Source: a virus (taxonomy: Duplodnaviria; Caudoviricetes). Taken from it: 64,000 nt of DNA. Below the pieces are notes generated by a model, which was not told where the DNA came from, did not search any database, and saw only the letters and a list, made by a program, of their open reading frames with translations. A program made the position numbers and the translations under genes. The stretch lies in the IMG/VR virus record IMGVR_UViG_3300030329_001103, positions 1,855 through 65,854 of that record; one strand, 5' to 3'. The first letter of the stretch is position 1. Every line of letters starts with the position of its first letter. Of the stretch, positions 53,807 through 64,000 are shown piece after piece.

Positions 53807-54040
53807 ATGTCAGAAGATCCATGGAAAACATCACAAGGAGATACAAATGGTTGGCCAGAATATAAAAGACTGGTAATAAATGAACTTGATAGAGCAAACA
53901 ATAGGTTAAATATTATGGACAAAAGACTAGCAAATCTAGAAAAGAACATAACTGTATTACAAACAAAAGCAACAACGTGGGCTGCGGCATTAGCGGTCTT
54001 TATTTCAGCAGGTGTAAGCCTGTTATTAAAACTCTTTTGA
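53807..54040 (+). CDS. Small coiled-coil protein with C-terminal membrane helix (possibly lysis-related)
   Basis: NGW.EY..LV..EL, coiled coil, then WAAALAVFISAGVSLLL. Confidence 0.5.
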   Translation: MSEDPWKTSQGDTNGWPEYKRLVINELDRANNRLNIMDKRLANLEKNITVLQTKATTWAAALAVFISAGVSLLLKLF

Positions 54041-54074
54041 CTCAGGGGTTAACTGAATTATCTAAGGAGATAGT

Positions 54075-54944
54075 ATGTCGAATGAAAACATAGAGGGTGT
54101 ACAAGGTGAGACTCCGTTGGAACAATCTCATACAAAAACACCAGAACAAGTACAATACGAACACGAGCGATCAGCATTTGAAACACACATAAATACAAGT
54201 GAAGAAAAAATTCCAGATAATTTTAAGGATGCTGGCGCATGGTTTGATAGTTTAAAAGAATCACAAAAAAACTTTACACAAGCTAGGCAAGAGATCTCAG
54301 ATTTGCAGGCACAGCTGGAAAAAACACCAGAGCCTGTAGTAGAGCCTTTGACAGACCAGTTACGTATTCCACCAAAAGAAGAAACACCAGCAGAACCTGT
54401 AGCTGGAAGTAGTGGTGTAGATGAAGCAACGTATGATATGTGGTCTATTGAGTTTGCCACTAATGGAAAATTCTCAGATGAAACTAGAAACGAAATTAAA
54501 GCAAAGACTGGTTTCTCTGATAAAATGCTTAATGATTATGTCGACGCGCAGCAAGCAAAGCTTCGTGAAGGCTATCGTCAAGCAGGTGATGTTGTTGGAG
54601 GTCATGAAAATCTAGATCGGATCTTCAAATGGGCTTCTAATAATTTATCCGAAGCAGAAATGCACGATGTAAATTTAGGATTGTCTTCACCGTCGTATGA
54701 AATTACATTACGAGGACTGGAGTCAATGTATAACAAGGCAGTACAAAGCGAGAGAGCTAAAGAACCTGCGACTAATCCCAACTTAACGCAAGTAGCGGCT
54801 AGTCAAACAGGTGTATTGCCTTATAAAAATCAAAGAGAATTTAAAGCAGAGCGTAACGATCCGAAGTTTCAGCTTGAACCTAATTATCGCGACATGGTTC
54901 AAAAGCGTATGGCAATGACGGATTGGAATACTTTGCCAAGATAG
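54075..54944 (+). CDS. Capsid scaffolding protein (gp9-like)
   Basis: Acidic; VGG.E....I..WA..NL and DPKF....YR..V..R; precedes capsid. Confidence 0.85.
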   Translation: MSNENIEGVQGETPLEQSHTKTPEQVQYEHERSAFETHINTSEEKIPDNFKDAGAWFDSLKESQKNFTQARQEISDLQAQLEKTPEPVVEPLTDQLRIPPKEETPAEPVAGSSGVDEATYDMWSIEFATNGKFSDETRNEIKAKTGFSDKMLNDYVDAQQAKLREGYRQAGDVVGGHENLDRIFKWASNNLSEAEMHDVNLGLSSPSYEITLRGLESMYNKAVQSERAKEPATNPNLTQVAASQTGVLPYKNQREFKAERNDPKFQLEPNYRDMVQKRMAMTDWNTLPR

Positions 54945-55127
54945 GGGCTGCGGGACCCCGAACTATGGAAACTAATTAACTTTAGTGATTCCCCCTCTTG
55001 GAATGAGAGCTGGATAAGTTATAATCAATTAGTTTCGCTATAAGAAAGACTCCGAAAGGAAATATCTGGGCTGTAGTATTAGAAGTAAACCGCATTATTT
55101 TTTTACTTTAATATAAGGAGAATCACA

Positions 55128-56363
55128 ATGGCTGGAGATCATTTAGTACATGGTGATATTGCCTATAGAAGTAGCACAACCGGTGCTACCAGTGGGCTAA
55201 ATACAGAAGCGGGTAAGCTGTGGCTACCCATTTGGTCGGGCGAAGTAATTAACGCTTACGACGAATATAATGTTTTCGAAAGTTTAACAACTACACGAGT
55301 AATTCCTAGCGGTACAACAGTTGAAATTCCAATCACTGGAACAGTAGACTTGAATCCTGCTTGGGATGCTGGTGAAGAATTGGTTGGCGGTATGGCTTCA
55401 ACAGCTACTACATTCCAGATCAAACTGGACAAGCGACCAATGGCTGCTCACTTCGAAATCGATAACGTTGACTTGATGTTGACACAATGGGAATTCAGAA
55501 ACGAGCTCGCGCGTCAAGCTGCGATGACTCTTGCAAACACACGAGATAAGCAACTTTATTCTTATCTTTGTCGTGCTGCTATGACTTCCCAAATTTCTAG
55601 CGATCCTCGTCCATCTCTAAATCTTGATTCTGCACTTTATGGTTCAGGCGATAGTGATGGTGACGGTCTTCTAAGCTGGGGCAATGCTAGTGCAACTGCC
55701 GCTAACCGTGCTCTTGGTGCTCTTACTGCACTTGAGCAAGTAGAAAAGTATATTGTATTCCTACAAGAAAACAATATCCCATACGATAAACTGTACATGG
55801 CTGTAAGCCCACAGTGCTTCATGGATATTCGTGCTCTTGGTGTCGCTCGTCTTGCTACAGACTTTGACGACGGTGGTATGCAACCTTACTTTGGTGGTGT
55901 TGCCAACGGTCTTGGTGGTCCATTGACTAATGCTTATGGACAACTACATGATACTCTCGAGTACATGGGTTGTACAATCATTAAGACTAACCACGGTGCT
56001 GATAACCTTGGCGATACATACGGTGACGGTACTCCTCGTACACTTGGTGAAGATAAGTACTGTCTTGACTTCAAACTAGGTGATACTGATACTTCAGATA
56101 CAACTCGTGGTATCCGTGCCATTATGTTTACACCAGAAGCAATTGCAGGTATTCGCTTGCAAGGACTAAAGGTTGATAATGTTGATGACATCCGTCGTAA
56201 CACATCATTCACAGTCGCTTCAATGATGAGTGGTACTGGCGTTCTACGTCCAGAATGTGCTGCCTTGATTACATCCAAGGATATTTCACATTCGGATTGG
56301 AACACTCGTGCTGAAATGGCTACAGCTGCTCATATGGCTGCTGATGGCTACGCACAAGCGTAA
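55128..56363 (+). CDS. Major capsid protein (gp10-like)
   Basis: LWL.IWSGEV..AY, I.SG...IP.TG and G.GVLRPECA. Confidence 0.95.
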   Translation: MAGDHLVHGDIAYRSSTTGATSGLNTEAGKLWLPIWSGEVINAYDEYNVFESLTTTRVIPSGTTVEIPITGTVDLNPAWDAGEELVGGMASTATTFQIKLDKRPMAAHFEIDNVDLMLTQWEFRNELARQAAMTLANTRDKQLYSYLCRAAMTSQISSDPRPSLNLDSALYGSGDSDGDGLLSWGNASATAANRALGALTALEQVEKYIVFLQENNIPYDKLYMAVSPQCFMDIRALGVARLATDFDDGGMQPYFGGVANGLGGPLTNAYGQLHDTLEYMGCTIIKTNHGADNLGDTYGDGTPRTLGEDKYCLDFKLGDTDTSDTTRGIRAIMFTPEAIAGIRLQGLKVDNVDDIRRNTSFTVASMMSGTGVLRPECAALITSKDISHSDWNTRAEMATAAHMAADGYAQA

Positions 56364-56403
56364 CTTACTATAGTGTAACCTTCGTTACTCTATTCATACA
56401 CGC

Positions 56404-56438
56404 GCCCCTTGTCTCTTTCGAGAGGCAAGGGGCTTTTT
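56404..56438 (+). terminator. T-phi-like terminator after capsid gene
   Basis: GCCCCTTGTCTCT-TTCG-AGAGGCAAGGGGC followed by TTTTT. Confidence 0.88.
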
Positions 56439-56451
56439 AAAGGAGAATCTT

Positions 56452-57108
56452 ATGGGTGTTATATCTAAACTAGATGCAGTTAATCACATGCTGTTACTGG
56501 CGGGAGAATCTATGGTATCAGACCTAGATAATAATAGTGGTCTTGATACAGAGACGGCTGAATTTTGTTTAGATCAATTCATAAGGGATTTCCAGATGCG
56601 GGGATTAGCTAGCAATAGATATCTTAAGAAGTATACTCTTACTTCTAAGGGTAAAATTAATTTGCCTAATGATTGTATCTCTGCTGAGCTAATTTCTCAT
56701 CACGATAATGATGATAATTATAGAATCCTTGGGATTATAAAAGGCGATACTAGTAAATATCTTTGGAATGTTACTGACCAAACAGATCAGTGGGATAAAG
56801 ATATAGAATACAGGGTTGAATTAATTGTAACTGTAACGTGGGAAAATATGGATACTCCTATTCAACGAGCTATCCTATCCTCAGCAGCAAGACAGTATCA
56901 GTTTGTAACACAAGGCGATGCTGACACTGACTCATACCTGTTAGGACTAGAAGCAATGTATATGGCTAAGGGTAAGGGCGCTGACTTAGATGATAGACGC
57001 AGGAATGTATTTGATGCGGCTAGTCCTAAGCTTTTAGATGCTCTAAGTAGAAGAGGTCCTTTGCAGGACGCAACAGTATTAAAGTTCTGGAGGACAACTA
57101 ATGGCTAA
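56452..57108 (+). CDS. Tail tubular protein A (gp11-like)
   Basis: LDAVN.ML..AGE, AARQYQ; position after capsid terminator. Confidence 0.9.
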   Translation: MGVISKLDAVNHMLLLAGESMVSDLDNNSGLDTETAEFCLDQFIRDFQMRGLASNRYLKKYTLTSKGKINLPNDCISAELISHHDNDDNYRILGIIKGDTSKYLWNVTDQTDQWDKDIEYRVELIVTVTWENMDTPIQRAILSSAARQYQFVTQGDADTDSYLLGLEAMYMAKGKGADLDDRRRNVFDAASPKLLDALSRRGPLQDATVLKFWRTTNG

Positions 57109-59734
57109 GCGTAGTTATTTTCCAGTTAAAATTCCTATCAATACTTTGTCTGGAGGTGTTGGTAGAAACGCACCTACCAAAAGACTTCCTTCAGAGGTAC
57201 AGGATATGACTAATATGTTTTGTACTACAGAAAGGTCTATTGATAAACGAAATGGCTTTTATGCATTAGAAGGGGGTGGTCTAGATCTAGGTTTTACTGA
57301 TGTTGAGGAAAAGGATATTTGGTTTAATTGGTTTTTTGTAGGAGATACTCAAAGATATCTAGTTGCAATAGATAGTGCTGCTAGCCGTGAGGAATTTTTA
57401 AAAGTATATAAAATAAATACTGCAAACAATACCCTAGAACACCAAGCCGTTGATACAAATATACCTTCAGCAATAAGAAACTACATTAAGCATGGAGGCA
57501 ATAGTAGATCTTCTTTAAGAGCAGTATCAGTAGGAACTTCTTTGTTAATTTTAAATACGGAAGTTAAAGCAGGATTCACATCCGATGGAATTGATGATTT
57601 AATGTTTGGTTTAGACGGGATAAAAAAAGATCAGTCTGATCCAACTGCTTTAGACGTAAAAGGACGTAAAATAGAATATCAAACTTCTATAACAGTAGAC
57701 GCTGAGAACCAAGCAGAGATATGGACTGCCAGTACTGATTATGTATGGGGACAGACTGCTATAGATACAACTGATGTTAACTCAAGTGATTCTACTAGAT
57801 ACGGTATATATAAAGTTAAGCAAAGTCTTGCTGCTGATGCGCTGCCAGGACCTACTTACGCTACCGGCACACCTACAGCACCTTCTGCCGATACAGCCAA
57901 ATGGGAAAAGGACAAAGACGATGATAATAATCACCGTTACTCGTCGTATATTCCTGCAGAAGACTATGTTTATCCTGATCCTACTAAAAAATATCTTGGA
58001 CAAGCGATTACTAAGTTTTCTGATTTAAGGTTTCCTCCTGATTCTACGGATGTTACTGCTTGGAATGGAGATTCTAGAGTAACTTCAGCAATAAAAAACC
58101 TTTACCCTACATCAGGAGATTCTATAGGAAGAGGTAAGATAATTTATCTAAGTCAAGCGTACTTGGGTAGTGCACCTGGCTGGTATAGAATGATAAATAC
58201 TACAGATAAGCCATATCTTGAACATATTAGAACCCCAGATGAAATGAATCTTATCGATCAAAAACGAATGCCAGTACAATTATATTTAGATGAAACTGAA
58301 AATCATTGGTCTATTCGTTTTATTGATTGGGAGCCGAGAAAATCTGGAACAAAAGTAACAAACCCAGGTCCCTCGTTCTTTCAGGATAAAGATGGTAACG
58401 CACAGCAAAAAGAAATTAAAGCGATCTCATTTTATAGGGACAGGCTATTCCTTGCAACAGATGATACATTAGTTTCATCACGGCTAGGTAAGTTTGATGA
58501 TTTATTTATAAGTGATCCAGCTAATATTACAGTAATAGATCCTATCGATTTAAACGTATCTTCTAATATTTATACGCCGATTACTTTCTTGCAGCCATTT
58601 AAAGATTTCTTATTCTTAGGAACGTCTGGAGACACGCAATATGAGCTTATGGGTTCAGAGAATCAGATCTCCCCACTGACTGCAGAAATTGCACCAACTT
58701 CATTCTTTCCAATGACAAGCGATATCGAACCTATTACTATGAATAATAATTTGTTCTTCTTTTCTAAAAACAGATTGTATATCTATTTCGGTTCGGATAC
58801 ATCAGATCAGCAGCAAGCATTTGAATTATCAAGACATGCTCCTGATTATCTACCATCTTCTTATTGGGCAGTTACTGTATCCTCTGCACACAACTCAATC
58901 TTTGTAGTATCGGGAAATAGCCCAGGTTCAGAAATCTTTTGTTATAGAAATCAAGTAGCCAATCAAGAAATTATTCAAAATGCTTTCTTTAAGTTTAATT
59001 TAAACGGCAATGTACATGCAATCAAAGCTATTGAAGATGATTTATATATAGTAAAAGAAACAGATGAAACAAGTGATAGAGGAAAGATACTTCAATTACA
59101 GAAAATGTCTTTAATTCCTGACGATATAGATGTCGCAAGATTAGATAATAGAATTTCTACTGGCATTTCTGCTACATATGATGCTAGCACAGACAAATCT
59201 ACTTTTACTGTAGATGGTGATATTAAAGCTGCAGGTATTAATCAAGCTATTATTACTTCGCCGACTGCAATGGAAGGAATAATTATAGATATTACAACAG
59301 AAGACGGTATTCTCACTGCTCCAGGTAATTACTCCGGTATTATATCTGCTGTAGTAGGAACTAAATATAATGCCTCTATTACATTATCAGATATATTCCT
59401 TAGAGAAGAAGAAAACAATGTGATACCTGGCACTTTAAATCTTAGGTATGGCATAGCTAGACACCACAAGACAGGGTTCTATGATATTAGTGTTACTAGA
59501 AAGAAAAGGACAGCTAATACATATACCTTTGAGCCTCCGATTATTGGCTCTGCTTATTCAACAGCAGGAGACGCAACAATAAACGATACTGATGGCGTAT
59601 TTAAATTTCCCATCATGGGTTTTACAGATGATATAGATATAACAATAGAATCATCTTACCCATATCCAATGAATATTACTAATATCGAAATAACTGGAAA
59701 GTTCAAACGACTTCCGCATTTCTTAACAACATAG
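57101..59734 (+). CDS. Tail tubular protein B / nozzle (gp12-like)
   Basis: INTLSGGV..., W..R..G....NP.PSF, FYRDRL, DPID. Confidence 0.9.
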   Translation: MAKRSYFPVKIPINTLSGGVGRNAPTKRLPSEVQDMTNMFCTTERSIDKRNGFYALEGGGLDLGFTDVEEKDIWFNWFFVGDTQRYLVAIDSAASREEFLKVYKINTANNTLEHQAVDTNIPSAIRNYIKHGGNSRSSLRAVSVGTSLLILNTEVKAGFTSDGIDDLMFGLDGIKKDQSDPTALDVKGRKIEYQTSITVDAENQAEIWTASTDYVWGQTAIDTTDVNSSDSTRYGIYKVKQSLAADALPGPTYATGTPTAPSADTAKWEKDKDDDNNHRYSSYIPAEDYVYPDPTKKYLGQAITKFSDLRFPPDSTDVTAWNGDSRVTSAIKNLYPTSGDSIGRGKIIYLSQAYLGSAPGWYRMINTTDKPYLEHIRTPDEMNLIDQKRMPVQLYLDETENHWSIRFIDWEPRKSGTKVTNPGPSFFQDKDGNAQQKEIKAISFYRDRLFLATDDTLVSSRLGKFDDLFISDPANITVIDPIDLNVSSNIYTPITFLQPFKDFLFLGTSGDTQYELMGSENQISPLTAEIAPTSFFPMTSDIEPITMNNNLFFFSKNRLYIYFGSDTSDQQQAFELSRHAPDYLPSSYWAVTVSSAHNSIFVVSGNSPGSEIFCYRNQVANQEIIQNAFFKFNLNGNVHAIKAIEDDLYIVKETDETSDRGKILQLQKMSLIPDDIDVARLDNRISTGISATYDASTDKSTFTVDGDIKAAGINQAIITSPTAMEGIIIDITTEDGILTAPGNYSGIISAVVGTKYNASITLSDIFLREEENNVIPGTLNLRYGIARHHKTGFYDISVTRKKRTANTYTFEPPIIGSAYSTAGDATINDTDGVFKFPIMGFTDDIDITIESSYPYPMNITNIEITGKFKRLPHFLTT

Positions 59735-59744
59735 GAGACAAGCC

Positions 59745-62700
59745 GTGACATATGACAATCATACAGATAAAACTACCTATATAAAAAAGACAGGTAGTGA
59801 AATCATTACTGGAGGATCTGATGGTGCTTATACAGTAGATGTTAGCACTCTATTAGATTCAACAAAAGAATTAAGTGCAACTTTAGCAGATCAAGACGAA
59901 CTAATAGTCGTTCGGAAATTCGATGCTAGTACTATTAGCGACTCTGACTACACGCATTCATCCTCGCCAATCACGGCTGACGAGGCATGGTCTGCTTGGA
60001 CTCTTCCTGCTAGTAATGATAGCGGCAGTACAATGTACAGTATTTCAGAAGGTGTTATAACTTTCTCAACTACAGCTACAGACTACACGTGGACTACGGC
60101 TATGAGTGGGAGAACGGCTGATATTAGTTTGCCTGTTATTGCATCAGGCGACACAATCTATATTATGAGAAAGACTTACAATCTATCTAAGTTTGTACAA
60201 TGGACAACAGGTTCTAAGATAACTGCGGCTAACTTAAACCAAGCTACTGAGCAGCTTTTATTTATCTCTCAAGAACTTATGCAAATGGTTCAAAACTTGC
60301 ACAACTTTAACCCTGCCGTAGGACAACCTAATGGTATTTGTCCTCTCGATGCTAATGGAGAAGTTGCTTCAGCTTATCTAGGAGCAACAGTTAGTGTAGG
60401 CGATGGGCTAACTGGAACTGGCTCAGCTAGCAGTCCTGTTGCTATAGATATATCAGGAGATAGCCTTGCTTTCTCTAGTGGTAATATCTTTGTAGACGTG
60501 GTTACTAACACGACAACTTCCTCTACTACCAAAGCTTTATCAGCAAGTGCTGGTAAAGCCTTACAAGACTCTATTAATACACTAGGTACTGGTGTTGCTT
60601 ATAAAGGTGCTGGTAATATGGTAGATGATGCTACCTTTTACAATAGTATCTACGGATCTGCATCTAAGGTTACAGGCGATACGGTAGTTAACACAAAGGC
60701 AGGTAGCAACTCAGCTGATTCAAGTTGGGGATCTTTAGGGACGATTACACAATACGATACAATTCGATGGAGCGGAAGTGCTTGGCAGATTGTAGATACT
60801 AATTCTTACATTAAAACAGATGGCAGTACGGCTTTACATGCCGATCAAGCAGCAACTACTCAAGCTAACACAGACAGTTCAACTAAGCTTGCTACTACAG
60901 CATGGGTACGTACACATACTGGAGCAGCTAGTGGGAACATGATTCTAACTAGCATAGCCGATGTTGAAGCCGACGCAGATGATACTGGCGGTAATATGCT
61001 AGTCTGGGATACTAACTCGTGGGAACCTATCCGATTAGAATCAGTCGATTATACAAAACAAATTATTACTACAGGCAGTAGCTTAGCTGCCCTATCTGAC
61101 GTAGGTGCAGCAGCCTCAGGATCTGGTGACAATGGTAAAGCACTGATCTGGGACGGCGACTCATGGGAACCAACGGCTTTATCTAGCCAATCACCTACAG
61201 TTGTAGTCTGCGGTGGTAATGGCGATGGATCGGCTAACGAATCTTCTAATGTAGACACGGCATTTAATGACTCAAACTTAGGACACACGGGATCGCCTGG
61301 TGCTTCTACTCTACGTGTATTAGAAATGCGTGGACGAAGACATAGGTGCGGATCAGGTACTGCAGTTACAGCAATTGATATACCATGGAAGCAAGAAATT
61401 ACTATTCAAAATGGTCACTTGGAATTTGACTTAGGCGATACTGCTTCAGAAACAATGGTAACTTCAGACACAGGAGCTAGAACTACCTTAGCTACAACAG
61501 CTGCTCATGCAAGAATACCTGGGCGACACGTACTGCAAGTAGCTAGTGTATCTGGCTTTGCAGTAGGTGATCGTGTAGTATTAGCCGCAGGTAATACAGA
61601 CTCAACAACTACAGCTTTGAATTATATTGGCGGTACTAGGTTTCACGGTTCTCAAATCTTAGAAATTGCTGATATTAATTCAACAGATAATGTATTAACA
61701 TTCTCAGAACCTATTGTAATTTCAGTGGATACAAGCTCAACCCTTACACGATACGGTGGAGGAACTAACGGAGTAAATCAAAGGAAAGATATTCTACTTG
61801 AGAACATGAAGTTTAGCGATAAGCTTTCCCAAAAGATTGAACTTCAGGATAACCCCATTACTAAGGCTTCTAGTACTACAGGAACTCTTGCATTTCCTGC
61901 TAGCCACGGCATGGCAATTAGTGGTAAGTTTTCTTTAAGAGATGTACATACTAATGGAGCAATAGGTATTAATAATTATAGTGGTTCTTTAAATCAACTA
62001 CAAACTATTACAGGTGTCTCCACAAATACAATTACTTTCACACTAGGTAACTCATCGCAATGGGGATCTACAGGCGGAACTATGGGTGGTACAACAAGCA
62101 CTTTATTTATTAGCCATCAGTCTGGTGTATCGCTAGAAGATACTCATGATCTAGTAATTAGAAACTGTGTATTCGATGGCTTTAATGAATATGGGTTACG
62201 GATTAAAAGGTGCAGTAATGTTCTTATAGAAAATTGTACCTTTAAAAACTGCCACGCAATAACTGATTCTCTAACTTCTACTGAAGGTGCTATTGTTATT
62301 GATGCATGCGATAACGTTACAATTAAAAACTGTAAGTTTGAAAATTGTTCGCAAGCAATTAAAATTAAAAGCTCAAGTAACTTGCTTAGTAACAAAGATA
62401 TAACTGTAACTGATTGCAGCATAGGCGCTTATAGTGCTGGTATCTATCTTTACGATACTGTAGTTATTGGCGGATTTACTGTAACAAATAATAAATTTTA
62501 TTCTACACCTTATCATCAAAGTGTAATTACATTCAGAAGAGATAAGGGTTCTTCTTCTTCGAATGCTTCAAACATGGAAGCTAAAGCTATTGGTGCTGCC
62601 GGTGATGGCGTAATATGGCATAAATGCGATATATCTAATAATGATATGTTAGACTGTATAGCAGTAGGGGATATGACCTCAAGTACACATTCTGCTACAG

Positions 62701-63524
62701 GCTATTATGGCAATCCATCAGGCTTTACAGTAACCAGTGATTATAATGTAGATCACCAAAGGAAACAGATTCCCGCATGGTTTACAGCAATTGATTTAAG
62801 AGTTGGGAACAGAAGTAACGATTATCCATTCTCATGCGGAAAGTTTAAGATTAATGATAATCATATGAAATCCCAAAGGTATGGCTTGTATTTAACTGTA
62901 CACGGTAACGCTGATGACACCACAGATAGAGTAAACCATGTTATAGACATATGTCGTAATAATATTGAATCTCATTGGGCTATGTTAGTAAGAGGACAGG
63001 ATGCAACTACTAAGCTATTTAATAATCACGTATTATATGGAGGTAAATGCGACGAGAATAATATCTTTTGTATAAATATATTTGATAAGTTTATGGAACA
63101 CGATCTAGGCTCTACTTGGATTAGTCAAGCTAGAGGTATTGACTATGATGTAACTGTAGCCGGTACTGACGCTTATGGTCTATACTTTGCAGATTGCTCG
63201 TGGAGTAGAAATGTTATAAGAATGGCAGACTCAACAAACTATACTAATGATAATCCGTTTGGTCTAATCCTCGGTAGGTCAGCACCTGTTTACCATACCT
63301 ATAATGTAATTAACCAAAACAATATACGAGGGTTTGGCTGCGGTATTAAAATATATAATTTAAAAGGCAGTACCACTAAGGCTGGTTGGCGATATTCGCA
63401 CATGCATGATAATAGCCTTTGGTTCTGTACGTTCTGTGTCCCTGATTGGAGATGGCACTCTAGTAATGTAGACCAAAATACAATGTCTGCCAATTATAAT
63501 AACGGTGTTAGTTACTCATCTTAA
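59745..63524 (+). CDS. Tail fibre/tailspike with gp17-like anchor and right-handed beta-helix
   Basis: GSKITAANLN..EQLLFISQE anchor motif, STKLATTAWV repeat, I.NC.F.N beta-helix rungs; GTG start with AGGAG RBS. Confidence 0.85.
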   Translation: MTYDNHTDKTTYIKKTGSEIITGGSDGAYTVDVSTLLDSTKELSATLADQDELIVVRKFDASTISDSDYTHSSSPITADEAWSAWTLPASNDSGSTMYSISEGVITFSTTATDYTWTTAMSGRTADISLPVIASGDTIYIMRKTYNLSKFVQWTTGSKITAANLNQATEQLLFISQELMQMVQNLHNFNPAVGQPNGICPLDANGEVASAYLGATVSVGDGLTGTGSASSPVAIDISGDSLAFSSGNIFVDVVTNTTTSSTTKALSASAGKALQDSINTLGTGVAYKGAGNMVDDATFYNSIYGSASKVTGDTVVNTKAGSNSADSSWGSLGTITQYDTIRWSGSAWQIVDTNSYIKTDGSTALHADQAATTQANTDSSTKLATTAWVRTHTGAASGNMILTSIADVEADADDTGGNMLVWDTNSWEPIRLESVDYTKQIITTGSSLAALSDVGAAASGSGDNGKALIWDGDSWEPTALSSQSPTVVVCGGNGDGSANESSNVDTAFNDSNLGHTGSPGASTLRVLEMRGRRHRCGSGTAVTAIDIPWKQEITIQNGHLEFDLGDTASETMVTSDTGARTTLATTAAHARIPGRHVLQVASVSGFAVGDRVVLAAGNTDSTTTALNYIGGTRFHGSQILEIADINSTDNVLTFSEPIVISVDTSSTLTRYGGGTNGVNQRKDILLENMKFSDKLSQKIELQDNPITKASSTTGTLAFPASHGMAISGKFSLRDVHTNGAIGINNYSGSLNQLQTITGVSTNTITFTLGNSSQWGSTGGTMGGTTSTLFISHQSGVSLEDTHDLVIRNCVFDGFNEYGLRIKRCSNVLIENCTFKNCHAITDSLTSTEGAIVIDACDNVTIKNCKFENCSQAIKIKSSSNLLSNKDITVTDCSIGAYSAGIYLYDTVVIGGFTVTNNKFYSTPYHQSVITFRRDKGSSSSNASNMEAKAIGAAGDGVIWHKCDISNNDMLDCIAVGDMTSSTHSATGYYGNPSGFTVTSDYNVDHQRKQIPAWFTAIDLRVGNRSNDYPFSCGKFKINDNHMKSQRYGLYLTVHGNADDTTDRVNHVIDICRNNIESHWAMLVRGQDATTKLFNNHVLYGGKCDENNIFCINIFDKFMEHDLGSTWISQARGIDYDVTVAGTDAYGLYFADCSWSRNVIRMADSTNYTNDNPFGLILGRSAPVYHTYNVINQNNIRGFGCGIKIYNLKGSTTKAGWRYSHMHDNSLWFCTFCVPDWRWHSSNVDQNTMSANYNNGVSYSS

Positions 63525-63542
63525 ATAAAAGCGAGATAAAAC

Positions 63543-63758
63543 ATGAATAAAAAGATAAACAAGCTACATCAATTACTGATCGACAACCTGATCATGGACT
63601 TAAATGATGTAGACAAATGCACACCAGGATTATACCAAGTGGTAAGAGGTGTGCTCACAGATAATAAGGAATTACTAGACTCTATACCTCAAGATACTTT
63701 AGATTTTCTTGAGGATAAGTTAACAGATAGTTTACCTTTTAAGAAAGATGTAGGTTAG
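63543..63758 (+). CDS. Terminase small subunit (gp18-like)
   Basis: LH..L...L..DL.D.DK.TPGLY..V...L.DN pattern; follows the tail fibre. Confidence 0.6.
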   Translation: MNKKINKLHQLLIDNLIMDLNDVDKCTPGLYQVVRGVLTDNKELLDSIPQDTLDFLEDKLTDSLPFKKDVG

Positions 63759-63761
63759 ATC

Positions 63762-63908
63762 ATGGCTACTAAAAATACAAATAAAAAATTCAAGCCGCAC
63801 ATGATGTACTCGAAAAAAGGGAAAGGAGTAAAAGCAAAAACATATAAAGAACACTTAGCCCTAAAGAAAAAAGGCTATGGACACACAAAACCTAAAAAGA
63901 AAAAATAA
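63762..63908 (+). CDS. Small Lys-rich protein (48 aa, not in track)
   Basis: MATKNTNKKFKPHMMY...KKKGYGHTKPKKKK. Confidence 0.55.
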   Translation: MATKNTNKKFKPHMMYSKKGKGVKAKTYKEHLALKKKGYGHTKPKKKK

Positions 63909-63920
63909 AGGAAAATCAAT

Positions 63921-64000
63921 ATGCCAAAATCAACAGTAAAAACAACAGCACCTGGGGTACAAAACCCTTATGGTACATATGTACAGAAATATAATTCACA
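63921..64000 (+). CDS. Partial CDS running off the window
   Basis: AAGGA RBS, ATG 63921, open to the end. Confidence 0.45.
   Translation, partial: MPKSTVKTTAPGVQNPYGTYVQKYNS

Overview
The window is almost a whole genome of a large, lytic T7-like podovirus (Autographiviridae-like), circularly permuted, with essentially all genes on the + strand. The order is: terminase C-terminus, internal virion (ejection) proteins including a 5,694-aa giant, a repeat- and hairpin-rich early region, T7-type RNA polymerase, replication module (SSB, RusA, primase-helicase, Pol A, dNMP kinase, exonuclease, class II RNR), portal, head-spike proteins, scaffold, capsid, tail tube A/B, tail fibre and small terminase. 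The most striking feature is three single-subunit (T7/N4-family) RNA-polymerase-like proteins: (1) the canonical 813-aa RNAP; (2) an N4-vRNAP-like domain inside the nearly Cys-free giant protein, which also carries PD-(D/E)xK nuclease, DEDD exonuclease and HExxH protease modules; (3) a very diverged 676-aa paralogue that keeps both catalytic Asp but lacks the motif-B Arg/Lys. These sit beside repeat-delimited mini-gene cassettes, covarying RNA hairpin elements and two dense non-coding structured regions. All family assignments are by-eye motif recognition; no searches were run, and comparisons to T7/N4 sequences are from memory.
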